This document shows positions 33,891 through 43,801 of a stretch of 64,000 nucleotides of DNA, one piece after another (position 1 is the first letter of the stretch; the number at the start of each line of letters is the position of its first letter). Under the pieces are notes generated by a model, which made no database searches, was not told where the DNA came from, and was given only the letters and a program-made list of their open reading frames with translations. The stretch is taken from positions 124,001 to 188,000 of IMG/VR virus record IMGVR_UViG_3300036846_000743. One strand, given 5' to 3'. The position numbers were made by a program, and so were the translations under genes.

Positions 33891-36800
33891 TTACCGGCCA
33901 GCTGGCGAGGACAGGGCCAGGGAAGCTGCCTGATGGCCCAGCGCTCCGGCCTTGGTGCCGAAGTGGTCATACATCGGGTCGTCTTTCACGGAGTCAGCGC
34001 CCTTGCCCTTCCAGGCATACTGGCCCCTGTTGGTCCTGACTTCCGGGCCGTGAATCACGCGGACTTTCTGCTTGGGACCGGTGCCGCAAGCTGCGCAAGT
34101 CGAACAGCCGCAGCCGCACTTCAGGGCGGCTGCCCGCTTGACGATGCCCGCCAGCACCCAGGGCAGATAAGCCTCAGCGTGCTTGCGCCTCATGCGCCGC
34201 CTGGAAGTTGCACGCTGCTTGCCCTGGTGCTTGCGGCTCTTCTTGCAGCCCGGATAGTGACTTTCCTTCTCGTGGCCTTCGTGATGTTGCTTTCGCTGTT
34301 TCTCCTGTGCGGCCTCCTCGTGCAGGCGCTGGGCCTCCCCGTAGCCGGCCAGGCCGCCCAGCCCGCCGCCGAGAGCCAGACCGGCAATCTGGCCCGGACC
34401 GCTGACACCGAATATGTCGGGAGACTGCGGCTCGTCGGCCAGCACCCGGCCGCCAATACCGCCCAGGCTGGCCAGGGAGCCGCCCATCATGCCCGTCATC
34501 ATGCCAGTCCCCAGGCCCCGCCCGGCCCCTTCCCAGCGATGACCCTTGCCGGCCATGAGCGCACCCAGCGGCGCCCCGATCGCTGCACCGCCAAGTGTGG
34601 TCGCCCCGATGAGTGGCAGGGTGCCCATGGCGGTCTTGACCCGGCCCTGCTTGGTGCGGCCGTCGGACTCGGACTTGTCATCATCCTTGTCCGACCATTC
34701 CCAGCTCGGCTTGCCCAGCATCCAGTTGCCCAGACCATAACCGCCGGCGCCGCCGCCCAGGGCACCGAGCCCGGCACCGACCGGGACCGCCAGGCCCCGG
34801 AGCCGCTCGGGCAGATACTCGCTCAGGCGATCGCCGGCCAGACCACCCATCAGGCCGCCAGCCGCGCCCAGCGTGCCGACGTTGCTGCCCACCAGGATGC
34901 CGCGGCCCAATCCCTCGCGCTTCTTGCCGTGCGGGGCCATGGTGCTCCCGAGCGTACCGCCGACAAGTCGCCCGGCGCCGCCGCCGATCATGGGGCCGGC
35001 CATGAGCCCTGCGGCCAAGGGGAGTGAAATAGCGCCCTTCTTGGTCATGGGCTTGTGGGGCTTACTGGGCTTTCCCACCTTATGAGGCAGACGGCCCAGA
35101 TGCTCGATGAGTTTCATGACCCGGTAAAACTGGGCTGGATTCACGCTCTCCTTGACCATGGCTTCCTTCCCGGTTGCCTCGGCCTCGATGATCTCGGCCA
35201 GCCGGCGGCGACGTTCGAGCAGCTTGCGCTTGCGCTCCTGCTCGGGCGTCTCCTGGTTCAAGTACGAATATAGCCCGTAGCCGCCGGCACCCAGGGCGCC
35301 CAGTCCGGCGCCGACCGCATAGGGCAGCGGCCAGTTCTTGATGTCCTGCATGGCACCCTGGCCCCAGCCCTGGACCTTGTTCCAGGCGCCCTGGCCCATC
35401 GTCTTGGCCTGGTCCCACCACGGCGGCGACGCCGGACCAGGCGTGGTTATGCTCGAAGTCATCGCGGCGCCGGGCGAACCACCAGTTGGCGCCGGGTTGA
35501 GATCACCTGTCGCGATTGCCCCGCCAGCAGCCGGTGCCGGCGTATCGTCGGGGAGCTTCGCACGATCACTCACACCAATCTGGCTTCGCTTCTCATATAC
35601 TCTTCCCCCTATGGGGGAAGAGTACATGCCAGCTCCCTTTTCGGCCATCGGTGCGGCCATGACGGCCTTGGTGTCGATGCCTGACAGCTGGGGGCTCGGG
35701 GCGAACGCGTCGCACATCTGGGTGGGGGCCACAGGCGTCTGCAAGAGCTGGCAGTCCTGGCCGGTGAAATTCACGCACGAAGCACACGAGACGGCCGCCG
35801 AAGTCGCATCCCGCAGGTTCACGTCTTCAGGGCTAGGCGCGTTATCACCGCCGTCTCCGCCGCCATCACCGTCGTGCTGGTTCGGGGCCGGCGGCATGGC
35901 CACGTCGCCAGGCTCGGGGTTCAGGGGCATGCCCATAGGGCGGTCCTCGTCGTCTTCCATGGGGCCGGCGAGCTTGGATAGCCAGGCCAGCTTGATAAGC
36001 CGGGCTCGAAGCGGCACAAGCTGCGCTGCACTCTTCTTGTGCGGCTTGTGATCTTTGTCTCCCTGCTGGGCTTGCTGCCGACTCGCGTCGAGAGCCACAC
36101 GAAATGACTTGGGAAGATAGAGCGGCTCGGTCATCCGGTTCCAGAGATTGGGCTGCGTCCGGTACTCGTCGATCCGCATGGGGTTGAGGTTGACATGCCC
36201 GATATGCTCGGGCTGGCGCGGACTGGGCATTATCATCGGATAATACTCGTCCTTGTGCTTGTCCTTGGTCACGGTATGCATGGGCTTGCCATAGCCGAAG
36301 AGCCCTCGCTTCTCGCGAGACTTCTTCTTGCCCTTGCCAGCCGGCTCGCCCAGCATGCCGCCTGATAGCCGCCAGCCGCCGTAGCCGCCCAGACCGGCAC
36401 CCAGCGTACTGCCAAGCGTGGTAGCGGCATTAGTCGGGATCGCACTGGTCAGACCGGAAAGAGCGCGGCCTCCGAGAGCGCCTGCCAGACCGCCCAGACC
36501 GGCACCCAGGCCCGTGGCTGATCCCCGGATCACGCCCCGACCAAGACCTTCAGGCGCATTACCGCGGCCAAGACCTAGCAAGCCACCCGCGGTACCACCC
36601 AGTGCTCCACCCGCAAGAGCCAGCCCGGGAATACCGAACGCGCCGAAATTCGCAAACGACTGCGATGGATCGTCGCCGTGATAGTCCGGCGGATAATAAG
36701 GCGTCCGGGTCGTCCCATCCGGCGACACCTTCCAGCCGAATGGCGCATCCTCGATGCCGGCTTTCTTCTGTCGTTTCTTCCTGTCTGGAGTACCAGCACC

Positions 36801-38612
36801 GACTGGTTCGCCCATCGTGTGGCTGGCCAGGCCCCAGCCGCCCAGGCCACCGAGGCCGGCTCCGAGCGCGCCGCCAGCCAGGGTCCCGCCAACGCCGCCG
36901 CCCAGCGCATTCCCTGCTGCGGCGCCCAGGCCAGCACCCAGGCCAATCCCGCTGCCAGTCAGTCCACCCCGGATCATGCCCCGGCCCAGGCCCTCGGACA
37001 CGTTACCACGGCCAGCGCCGACCAGGCTGCCGCCCAGACCGCCTGCGCCCGTGCCAGCCAGCCCGCCCAGGGCACCGGCGCCCAGACCAGCGGCGCCCAG
37101 TGCTGCTGGACCGGCCCAGCCGGGAACACCTCCTCCCGCGTATTCGCCCAGTCTTCCTATTCCCTCACTCAGCGCTTGCAGCGCCTCCATCGGATAACCC
37201 TGTGGATCACCCTGGGCTCGTTTGGCCAGGGCACTGCTCTTGGTGACGCCCAGCCCAGTGGCCCTGGGACCGTTCAGGTTGGCCAGGCCGCCAGAGATCA
37301 TGCTCGGGCCGGGTTTGATCGCTCCAGCCCCAGGGACGGGCATTCCCGGGGCTCCTGGCCGCATTCCCATCCTGGGCACGGCTGTGGGCGGGACCCTGGG
37401 AGCCAGCAAGTTCTGATTGCTCGCCACGGCGGCCGGTCCAAGGCGGGGCTGCATGGCCACTTGCTGCATGGTTGCACCCGGGCGAGTAGCCGCAACACCC
37501 ATGACGTTAGCGAACTTAGGCAATCTGGGTAAGTTATTTGTAGCTTGGTGATAAGTGGATGGATGCGTGGATTGACCAACTGATGCCCATTTGTCTTCTG
37601 AGCCTCGAACAGCTAGTCCACCGCCGATATTGGTGCCGATACCGGTCCAGGCTTGCCGGTTGAGATCACCCGACACGGCCGGATCGGCGATATAGTCCCG
37701 CTTGGTCGCCCCGGCCGGCATTCGCTTCATCAGGTCCGTGAGCCCCTGGTTCTGGGCGTTCCGGGCGTGATAACTGACCAAGCCTCCCAGCCCCGCCCCT
37801 CCCAGTCCCATCGCAGCGCCAGCGATTGGATTGCCGCCGGTTGCAGCCAGACCAAGGCCACCACCTAACAGACCACCCAGGCCCGCGCCCCCCGCCCCGG
37901 CCCAGCCTGGGCTCGACATCATCTCGGGCAAGGGAGTGCCATAACCCTGGAAGATGGTCGGGAAGATGCGCGACTGCGCGCGCTCGATGGCCTCTTCCTC
38001 GTCCGGTCTGAGCGCACGATGCAGCGGGCGAGGCGCCGCCTGCTTCGAAGCACCGGTCTTCTGTCCCCACCGGCTGGCCAGGTTCTCCCGGCGTGGAGAC
38101 AGCGCAGGATCACGCAGCGGGGTCAAGCCCGGATCGGCCTGCTTCGCGGAGCTACCCCAGTCGTCCATGGCAGCTCGAAGTGCCGCCATCTTCATGCCAC
38201 CAGCCTGGGGCGGGCCCGTGGGGGGCTGCGCGCCGGGCGGCAAGGCCGCGCCCTGGGCCTGGGCAGCCTGCTGCTGCTGGGCCTGCATCTTGATCGCACA
38301 CTCGGCGCCTTGCTGGCTGTTGGGGTCGGCCACCGAGCAGGCAATCGCGTCGGGGGGCGGTGGCGGCGGGGGCATCGGCTGTCCGGTGGCCGGGTCTACC
38401 GGTGGAGCACCGCCGCCGCCAGCCATAGCATTCGGGTCCATGCCTGGGGGTGGAGCACCACCAGGCGGCGGCTGTCCCCCGCCCTGCTGCTGGGCTTGCA
38501 GTGCTTGCTGGGCCAGTTGCATCTGGACATCAGGCGTCGCGGCCTGGGGGTCCATGCTGGGAGTAATTATGGCCAGCTTGGTGAGTCGCTGCGTCAGATC
38601 GGCGCGCATCAA
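33891..38612 (-). CDS. Large modular glycine-zipper polyprotein, putative virion/ejection protein
   Basis: 1573 aa; four paralogous Gly-zipper modules containing EG[LA]GRG; many K-x-A motifs between modules; Cys clusters (CASC..C..C and CGCGCSTCAAC). Confidence 0.85.
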   Translation of the reverse strand: MMRADLTQRLTKLAIITPSMDPQAATPDVQMQLAQQALQAQQQGGGQPPPGGAPPPGMDPNAMAGGGGAPPVDPATGQPMPPPPPPPDAIACSVADPNSQQGAECAIKMQAQQQQAAQAQGAALPPGAQPPTGPPQAGGMKMAALRAAMDDWGSSAKQADPGLTPLRDPALSPRRENLASRWGQKTGASKQAAPRPLHRALRPDEEEAIERAQSRIFPTIFQGYGTPLPEMMSSPGWAGAGGAGLGGLLGGGLGLAATGGNPIAGAAMGLGGAGLGGLVSYHARNAQNQGLTDLMKRMPAGATKRDYIADPAVSGDLNRQAWTGIGTNIGGGLAVRGSEDKWASVGQSTHPSTYHQATNNLPRLPKFANVMGVAATRPGATMQQVAMQPRLGPAAVASNQNLLAPRVPPTAVPRMGMRPGAPGMPVPGAGAIKPGPSMISGGLANLNGPRATGLGVTKSSALAKRAQGDPQGYPMEALQALSEGIGRLGEYAGGGVPGWAGPAALGAAGLGAGALGGLAGTGAGGLGGSLVGAGRGNVSEGLGRGMIRGGLTGSGIGLGAGLGAAAGNALGGGVGGTLAGGALGAGLGGLGGWGLASHTMGEPVGAGTPDRKKRQKKAGIEDAPFGWKVSPDGTTRTPYYPPDYHGDDPSQSFANFGAFGIPGLALAGGALGGTAGGLLGLGRGNAPEGLGRGVIRGSATGLGAGLGGLAGALGGRALSGLTSAIPTNAATTLGSTLGAGLGGYGGWRLSGGMLGEPAGKGKKKSREKRGLFGYGKPMHTVTKDKHKDEYYPMIMPSPRQPEHIGHVNLNPMRIDEYRTQPNLWNRMTEPLYLPKSFRVALDASRQQAQQGDKDHKPHKKSAAQLVPLRARLIKLAWLSKLAGPMEDDEDRPMGMPLNPEPGDVAMPPAPNQHDGDGGGDGGDNAPSPEDVNLRDATSAAVSCASCVNFTGQDCQLLQTPVAPTQMCDAFAPSPQLSGIDTKAVMAAPMAEKGAGMYSSPIGGRVYEKRSQIGVSDRAKLPDDTPAPAAGGAIATGDLNPAPTGGSPGAAMTSSITTPGPASPPWWDQAKTMGQGAWNKVQGWGQGAMQDIKNWPLPYAVGAGLGALGAGGYGLYSYLNQETPEQERKRKLLERRRRLAEIIEAEATGKEAMVKESVNPAQFYRVMKLIEHLGRLPHKVGKPSKPHKPMTKKGAISLPLAAGLMAGPMIGGGAGRLVGGTLGSTMAPHGKKREGLGRGILVGSNVGTLGAAGGLMGGLAGDRLSEYLPERLRGLAVPVGAGLGALGGGAGGYGLGNWMLGKPSWEWSDKDDDKSESDGRTKQGRVKTAMGTLPLIGATTLGGAAIGAPLGALMAGKGHRWEGAGRGLGTGMMTGMMGGSLASLGGIGGRVLADEPQSPDIFGVSGPGQIAGLALGGGLGGLAGYGEAQRLHEEAAQEKQRKQHHEGHEKESHYPGCKKSRKHQGKQRATSRRRMRRKHAEAYLPWVLAGIVKRAAALKCGCGCSTCAACGTGPKQKVRVIHGPEVRTNRGQYAWKGKGADSVKDDPMYDHFGTKAGALGHQAASLALSSPAGR

Positions 38613-38636
38613 CGAGCCCTCCTTGGCGGTAAAGAC

Positions 38637-38870
38637 TTATGTTCGGTCCAGGCCAAGCATCGCGGCCCCCGCCCGGATGCCCAGCAGCTCCGAGACGGAC
38701 CTGGCCTGCTTCTCCAGCTCGGCCACGGCCTGGGCGCCCTTCACGTGCTCGGGCAGCTTCTTGATGCTCGGAGTCTTGTGTGCCCATTCCTCGCAATTCC
38801 AGCCTTTGGCCTGACCGCGGCCCTTCATTGCGAAGCATTTTTTTGCCTGGGCTTTACTTGTAAACGGCAC
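38637..38870 (-). CDS. Small phage protein of MPF[KT]SKAQ type
   Basis: MPFTSKAQ N-terminus, EWAHKTP..KKLPEHV, EKQA motif. Confidence 0.7.
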   Translation of the reverse strand: MPFTSKAQAKKCFAMKGRGQAKGWNCEEWAHKTPSIKKLPEHVKGAQAVAELEKQARSVSELLGIRAGAAMLGLDRT

Positions 38871-38886
38871 GATATGTTCCTCCGTG

Positions 38887-39525
38887 TCAGGGGGTATTCA
38901 ACCAGAGGCCCTTGCGCCGGCAACCAAGAACGTACTGGCAGCCGCAAGGACACCGGGCCGGGTTAATATCCTTGGTTTCCTTGTCGTAAAGCATGCCTTC
39001 GATCTTCTCGAGATCCGCCCTGACGGAGTCAGGATTGCGAATGGCCGGGATCTCGATCTCGCCGGAGAAGAGCCGCTTCCAGCGCTCCTGGGCTCGCATC
39101 CAGCGCTCGGGGATCACGCCGGTGTTTTCCCCCGTGTCGTCATCAGCCGGCCGGGAAAACTGACTGGCAGACAACGAAGGCGCATCGCCGGCCGGTCGCC
39201 GGTTAAGCTCCCGCTGGATCGACTCGCGCAGGTCGGACATGCCGTGAACAGCAGCGAGTTCATCAGGCATCATGTCCTCACTGATACACCTGCCAAAGTT
39301 CGCTGACTCGTCGACCAGCTCGTTCACATCGATCATCTCGACCATGGGCCGGAGATCGGGATTGATCGGCTCGAAACAGCGCTCCCTGCCGGCGTACGAG
39401 TCCTGCGGGCCCTGGATACCAGGCACCATCGGGTCCAGCAATTCGCAAAGCTCGGCCTTCTGGGCAGGCGTCATGGCCCGGACACAATTCAGCAGTCCTT
39501 CAGGTCGAAGCAGCATCAGCTTCAT
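38887..39525 (-). CDS. Hypothetical protein
   Basis: 212 aa, SD GGAGG, C-terminal CPCGC. Confidence 0.65.
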   Translation of the reverse strand: MKLMLLRPEGLLNCVRAMTPAQKAELCELLDPMVPGIQGPQDSYAGRERCFEPINPDLRPMVEMIDVNELVDESANFGRCISEDMMPDELAAVHGMSDLRESIQRELNRRPAGDAPSLSASQFSRPADDDTGENTGVIPERWMRAQERWKRLFSGEIEIPAIRNPDSVRADLEKIEGMLYDKETKDINPARCPCGCQYVLGCRRKGLWLNTP

Positions 39526-39589
39526 CCTCCGTGCAGAGCGGGCTCACACAGTATCAGCGACCAAGGCTCAGCCCGCAAGCACCTCAGTC

Positions 39590-39603
39590 GTTACGCGGCG
39601 TAT
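39590..39603. promoter_or_regulatory. Palindromic element GTTACGCGGCGTAT (copy 3)
   Basis: In the spacer immediately after the stop of 39603..40256. Confidence 0.5.
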
Positions 39604-40256
39604 CACGTGTCGATGACCCGCACTCGCGGCGGTCTCGGTACAGCAATTCCCGGCTCAGGGGCCGGTAGTTTCACATTCTCGACCAGGGCGGCGAACTTGC
39701 CCGAGGCCAGCATGCCGTTATCGGCGGCCTCCTGCAAGACCAGGTCCCTGTCGATGCCGTCGTTGTTGCCGGCCGCCAGCTTGATCAGGTCCCGCATCAC
39801 GGACTTGAGCGGCCTGAGCTGGACGGTCGAATCCCAGTCCACCGGCGTCCCGAAGGGCTTCGTGACCGGCGGAAGCGGATTGTCGAACCCCTTGGACCAG
39901 GCCCAGGGCGACATCCCCAGCGCGAGCAAAAACGGCGGCACGATCTCGCGCTCGATCAGCTCCCGGACGCCGGTCTCGATCAGGTCCAGGAGCGTGTCGA
40001 TGTGCAGGGCAAGGCAGCGACACCGGAAGTCGACAGCGAGCACGCCGTCGGTCGTCTTCTGGGGCCGGCTCACTTCCATGCGCTCGATGATCCGCTCGTG
40101 CTCCCACCATTCATTGGGGATCACGACCCCCGGGGTGAGCACCCCGCGGCCCATGATCCGCAAGTAAGGATCAGCCTTGGCCTGACGCCGCAGTTCCGTG
40201 TGCAGCTCCGAGAGGATGACCGACGCGACCGGCGTGCCTGGCGGCGGAGCAGCCAT
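39603..40256 (-). CDS. Hypothetical protein with C-terminal RVRVIDT tail
   Basis: 217 aa, SD AGGAG. Confidence 0.75.
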   Translation of the reverse strand: MAAPPPGTPVASVILSELHTELRRQAKADPYLRIMGRGVLTPGVVIPNEWWEHERIIERMEVSRPQKTTDGVLAVDFRCRCLALHIDTLLDLIETGVRELIEREIVPPFLLALGMSPWAWSKGFDNPLPPVTKPFGTPVDWDSTVQLRPLKSVMRDLIKLAAGNNDGIDRDLVLQEAADNGMLASGKFAALVENVKLPAPEPGIAVPRPPRVRVIDT

Positions 40257-40267
40257 GTCCTGGTCTC

Positions 40268-40759
40268 CTACGTGTCGATGATCCTGCGGCGAGGTGCAGC
40301 CAGCTTCGGCTGGCCAATGGACGATGGCGACTTGGGCTGGGGCGGCGGTCTGGATACTGGCTTCTTCTGCACGTTGTGAATCACGGCCGTGTCGGGCAGC
40401 GGCTTGAGCCCCGGCCCCGACTTCGCCAGGAAGTCCCTGGCCTGGAGCGGGGCCGACTGCATCACGATGACCTCGCCGGGCCGGACATGCGCGGATCGCT
40501 TGATCGCGACGGAGTACGGCCTGTTGGAATACGCCGCGGTCATGGCCAGCTGATCGAGCACGTTGAAGACGTCGGGCGCGGCCACGAAGATGGTGCCCGG
40601 CGCGGCGGTATTGAGCAGATCATTGAGCTGACTGACGTTCACGGACATCAAGCTACCCTGCTTCAAAGGGCACCAGGACAGCAGCGGCGAGAAAGTCGCT
40701 AAACGCCGCTGCCACCCCGGACCGCCGGAGTGCACGACGGTGCCGTCGATCCTACTCAT
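40268..40759 (-). CDS. Hypothetical protein with C-terminal RRRIIDT tail
   Basis: Start at 40759 (overlapping upstream stop) or at 40648. Confidence 0.65.
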   Translation of the reverse strand: MSRIDGTVVHSGGPGWQRRLATFSPLLSWCPLKQGSLMSVNVSQLNDLLNTAAPGTIFVAAPDVFNVLDQLAMTAAYSNRPYSVAIKRSAHVRPGEVIVMQSAPLQARDFLAKSGPGLKPLPDTAVIHNVQKKPVSRPPPQPKSPSSIGQPKLAAPRRRIIDT

Positions 40760-40985
40760 TCACGACCCGGGCCGCTATCTCACGAATTCTCAGGTCCAAG
40801 ATCAGGTCCATGGAGCCCCGGGGCTGAGCTTTGCGCTCGTGGTGCAGGCAGAGCGCCTGGATCAGCAGATCGGGATAGGCAATGCAGCCCTTGTCCATGC
40901 TGTAGATCGCCACCGCCGGGCTATCGCACAGCGAGCAGTGCAGGACAGGGCCAAGGCCCCGACCGGGGCTGTCACCGCAGGGCAA
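40752..40985 (-). CDS. Small Cys/His-containing hypothetical protein
   Basis: CSLC...C...CLHH; packed in operon. Confidence 0.5.
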   Translation of the reverse strand: MPCGDSPGRGLGPVLHCSLCDSPAVAIYSMDKGCIAYPDLLIQALCLHHERKAQPRGSMDLILDLRIREIAARVVNE

Positions 40986-41423
40986 TCACCTGGCCTTGCG
41001 GGGCTGCGCGCCCACGTTTCCCGTCGTGATCGGCATGGAGCTGTCCCGGACATCCATGTTCCTCATGCCCTTGGTCTCCCTGGGCATGGTGATCGGGATC
41101 GTGCTGTCGGGCCGTGGCCGCGGCAGCTTCCCGGGCTCGGTGTCCACGACGGGAACAGCCATACCCCCCTGGAAGACCAGGGAGAACTGACCATCGACGA
41201 CGCCGGTCGAGATGACCGGATGCTCCTTCAGGTACGCGCAGCCGATCTTGATGAAGCGCTCGATGTGCTCCCACGACTCCTGGGGCGGGGAGCCCGGCAG
41301 GAAGCTCCCCAGGTAGACGTTGTGCAGCAGATCCAGCAGGTCGATGCCGATGTATGGCTCGTCATCGCCGCCGGACGTGCCGGCGACCTGTCCCTGCTTC
41401 TGTGCGAATTCGTGCGGGTCCAT
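40986..41423 (-). CDS. Hypothetical protein
   Basis: 145 aa, TGATG overlap. Confidence 0.7.
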   Translation of the reverse strand: MDPHEFAQKQGQVAGTSGGDDEPYIGIDLLDLLHNVYLGSFLPGSPPQESWEHIERFIKIGCAYLKEHPVISTGVVDGQFSLVFQGGMAVPVVDTEPGKLPRPRPDSTIPITMPRETKGMRNMDVRDSSMPITTGNVGAQPRKAR

Positions 41424-41767
41424 CAGGTGTCAACTATCCTCCGGCGAATGGAAGGGACCGCAACCGGTGACTTCGCCCCTGGGCCGGTAGCAGAACTAAC
41501 CGGCTGGTCATCCAGCGATGAAGGCGGCTGCGGTTGTATCACAGTTTTCTGGGGCCCTGCGTTGATGATCACGGGCTTCTCGGCGATGGTCTTGTAGAAT
41601 GGCTTGACTTTCACGGGCTTGCCCGTATCGACGTCAAGTCCCACCAGGCCATTCGCCGCGGGAGCCAGCTGGACCACGTAGCCACTGTCCAGCTCGACTG
41701 GCTCGGTGGCGGCCAGCTCGGCCCCGACTTGCTCGAAGAAGTCCCGCAAGCATAGCTGCGTTGACAT
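41423..41767 (-). CDS. Hypothetical protein with C-terminal RRRIVDT tail
   Basis: 114 aa. Confidence 0.7.
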   Translation of the reverse strand: MSTQLCLRDFFEQVGAELAATEPVELDSGYVVQLAPAANGLVGLDVDTGKPVKVKPFYKTIAEKPVIINAGPQKTVIQPQPPSSLDDQPVSSATGPGAKSPVAVPSIRRRIVDT

Positions 41768-41771
41768 TTAC

Positions 41772-41984
41772 TCACTCCGGCGACTCGTGATCTTCCGGGT
41801 GCTGCTGGATGTGCTCGCCCTGCTTCAAGACCTTGTAGTGCATGGCATCGTCCTTGATGGCGAGTGTGACCTGGAAAGTGGTACCGACAGGATCAACCCG
41901 GTTGATCTGGAACGAGATCGTTTCCCCTGTCTTTACATTAACACAGTGTACCCATCGGCCGCACTTTCGCCTTACCATGAGCAT
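41772..41984 (-). CDS. Small beta-rich hypothetical protein
   Basis: 70 aa, SD-like AAGGG. Confidence 0.55.
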   Translation of the reverse strand: MLMVRRKCGRWVHCVNVKTGETISFQINRVDPVGTTFQVTLAIKDDAMHYKVLKQGEHIQQHPEDHESPE

Positions 41985-42006
41985 CGGTCAAAAGCCCTTC
42001 CGTGGT

Positions 42007-42636
42007 TCACGTCCTTGCGACATCTGATCGGACAGCACTACGAGCAGCCCGCGCGTCATCGATCCCGTGCGAGACCTTGGTCAGCGAATCTCGTGCTGCA
42101 TCGATCAGCGCCATGAGCGACTTGTGCCCGACCAGTCTGGGCATTGCCTGGAGAAGCTGGCCATGGCGTTCGATGATGTGCTTGAGCTGCTGGCCATGAC
42201 GCAGATACTCTCCCGGGGTGAGGTCAGTTAGCACCTTGTGCGCGAATGCAGCGATCTCGGCGAGCTTGATCAGCTGAGCTACCTCGGAGGCCAGTCCGAG
42301 AGCCTCGCGTAGCTTGAGATGACGGGTAGGCTCGGTCATGCGGTTGTCGGGCGTCACCTGGGCCAGCAAGTTCGCGACTTCCGGGCTGGCCAGCCCGCAG
42401 ATCTCCTCGAAGGTAAGACCGTAGCCATCCATGGCGTAGATCAGGATGCCGGCGCAGCGCGCCACAATCACGGAGCTGGTCTCGCCGTCGTAGAGGTGAG
42501 CCCGGCGCCCGACGTACTGTTCGGCAAAACGCCCTACGCCCGGCGGATCGGCCCGGCATGGGACGGCGTCTCGCACGACCAGGTCTCTGTGCGGTAAATA
42601 AACATATAGCTCCAGCGCAGTTGGGTCGAGTGGCAT
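42007..42636 (-). CDS. Degenerate HD-domain ((p)ppGpp hydrolase/Mesh1-like) protein
   Basis: LTFEEICGLASPEVANLLAQVTPD and AQLIKLAEI match the HD_4 scaffold, but the HD/ED positions read IYAMDG; start after GGAGGA. Confidence 0.55.
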   Translation of the reverse strand: MPLDPTALELYVYLPHRDLVVRDAVPCRADPPGVGRFAEQYVGRRAHLYDGETSSVIVARCAGILIYAMDGYGLTFEEICGLASPEVANLLAQVTPDNRMTEPTRHLKLREALGLASEVAQLIKLAEIAAFAHKVLTDLTPGEYLRHGQQLKHIIERHGQLLQAMPRLVGHKSLMALIDAARDSLTKVSHGIDDARAARSAVRSDVART

Positions 42637-42710
42637 TGGATCCTCCAATGGTAAATTCCATGAAGATGCCTCCCGCACCTTACCCAACAAGCACTTGGAG
42701 CTTCAATGCG

Positions 42711-43709
42711 TTACTTCTTGTGTTCCGGCGGCTTATGTTCCGGCGGCCGATGCGTTTCGGGTGACCTGGCATGGTGCTCGGCCGGCTTGGCATGGTGCTC
42801 GGCCGGCTTGGCATGGTGCTCGGCCGGCTTGGCATGGTGCTCGGCCGGCTTGGCGTGATGTTCCGCCTGCTTGGCCGCCGCCTCCTTCTTTTCGGCCTCG
42901 CCTTCGGTCTGGAGCCTGGGCGGCTCGACGAACGAACCATCGGGATGGACCGTGCCCTGGGCTGGCACGCTGCCGAAGCTGGCCCGCCGGGGCAGCCCAA
43001 ACGCCCCGGTGATGCCGCCACCAGCACTGGGCGGAGTCACAGGCGCGCCGGCCGAGCCGCCAGGTGCTTCCGGCTGGAAATGGCCATCCGGCGTCCTGGC
43101 CGACACGGTACGCATTGTCTTGGGCGCCATCTTGGCCTGTTCGAGCGCCGTGACGACGCGCGAGCCCCGCGGGGTCACAACCGGGGTGACTGCGCGCACA
43201 ACCGGCACGCCGCCGGCGATGCCCGTGCCGCTGTGGGTCGGGACCGTCATGTTCGCCATGGCTCGCAGCCGGGGATCGGCCTTGGCGATCTCATCCTCGT
43301 CCATCTCGGCCAGTATATTCATGACTTCGACGCGGGCACGTAGCCGGTCACGGTAGCCAATCTGGTTCTGCCGGTAGCCATCACCGCCGACGGTATAGGC
43401 CGTGCTGTAGCCGCCGCCTCGCTGCCCCTTGGTGGCAACCTGTGGTACTCCGACGTTGCGCAGCTTGGGACGGTTGGGATAGCGGCGGCCGCTGCGTCCC
43501 ACGATCGCATCGGGATAACCGTCGCGATCGTAGTCGATCATGACCGGGCTGACCGCCCTGGCGCCGCGCTCGACCCGGGCATCGAAGCTCTCGATAGGTC
43601 CGCCGCCAGCAGCAGCATCACCATTCTCGATCGCCTCCTTGCGGCGAGCCTTTTCTTCGGGCGTCAGCTGACGATGACCTTTGTGCGCTGTCTCGTGTGC
43701 TTTGGCCAT
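42711..43709 (-). CDS. Hypothetical protein with DxDxDG motif and His-rich C-terminal repeats
   Basis: DYDRDGYPD; AKPAEHH repeats; SD AAGGAG. Confidence 0.75.
   Translation of the reverse strand: MAKAHETAHKGHRQLTPEEKARRKEAIENGDAAAGGGPIESFDARVERGARAVSPVMIDYDRDGYPDAIVGRSGRRYPNRPKLRNVGVPQVATKGQRGGGYSTAYTVGGDGYRQNQIGYRDRLRARVEVMNILAEMDEDEIAKADPRLRAMANMTVPTHSGTGIAGGVPVVRAVTPVVTPRGSRVVTALEQAKMAPKTMRTVSARTPDGHFQPEAPGGSAGAPVTPPSAGGGITGAFGLPRRASFGSVPAQGTVHPDGSFVEPPRLQTEGEAEKKEAAAKQAEHHAKPAEHHAKPAEHHAKPAEHHAKPAEHHARSPETHRPPEHKPPEHKK
42771..42875 (-). repeat. 21-nt tandem repeat: four exact copies plus one variant (AKPAEHH)
   Basis: Unit atggtgctcggccggcttggc at 42771, 42792, 42813 and 42834. Confidence 0.95.
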
Positions 43710-43801
43710 GGGAGCGAACTCCTTCTCAAGGATCGGCCTTCCGAACGACTGAACAACGGATCTCTTATCTTACGCATCAGCACGGTGTGACGGTAGAGCG
43801 T

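Noticed and set aside
42224-42661. Alternative-frame ORF with good SD overlapping the HD gene
   Set aside because: Arg/Pro-rich off-frame composition with no motif; the HD-like frame explains the codon bias.
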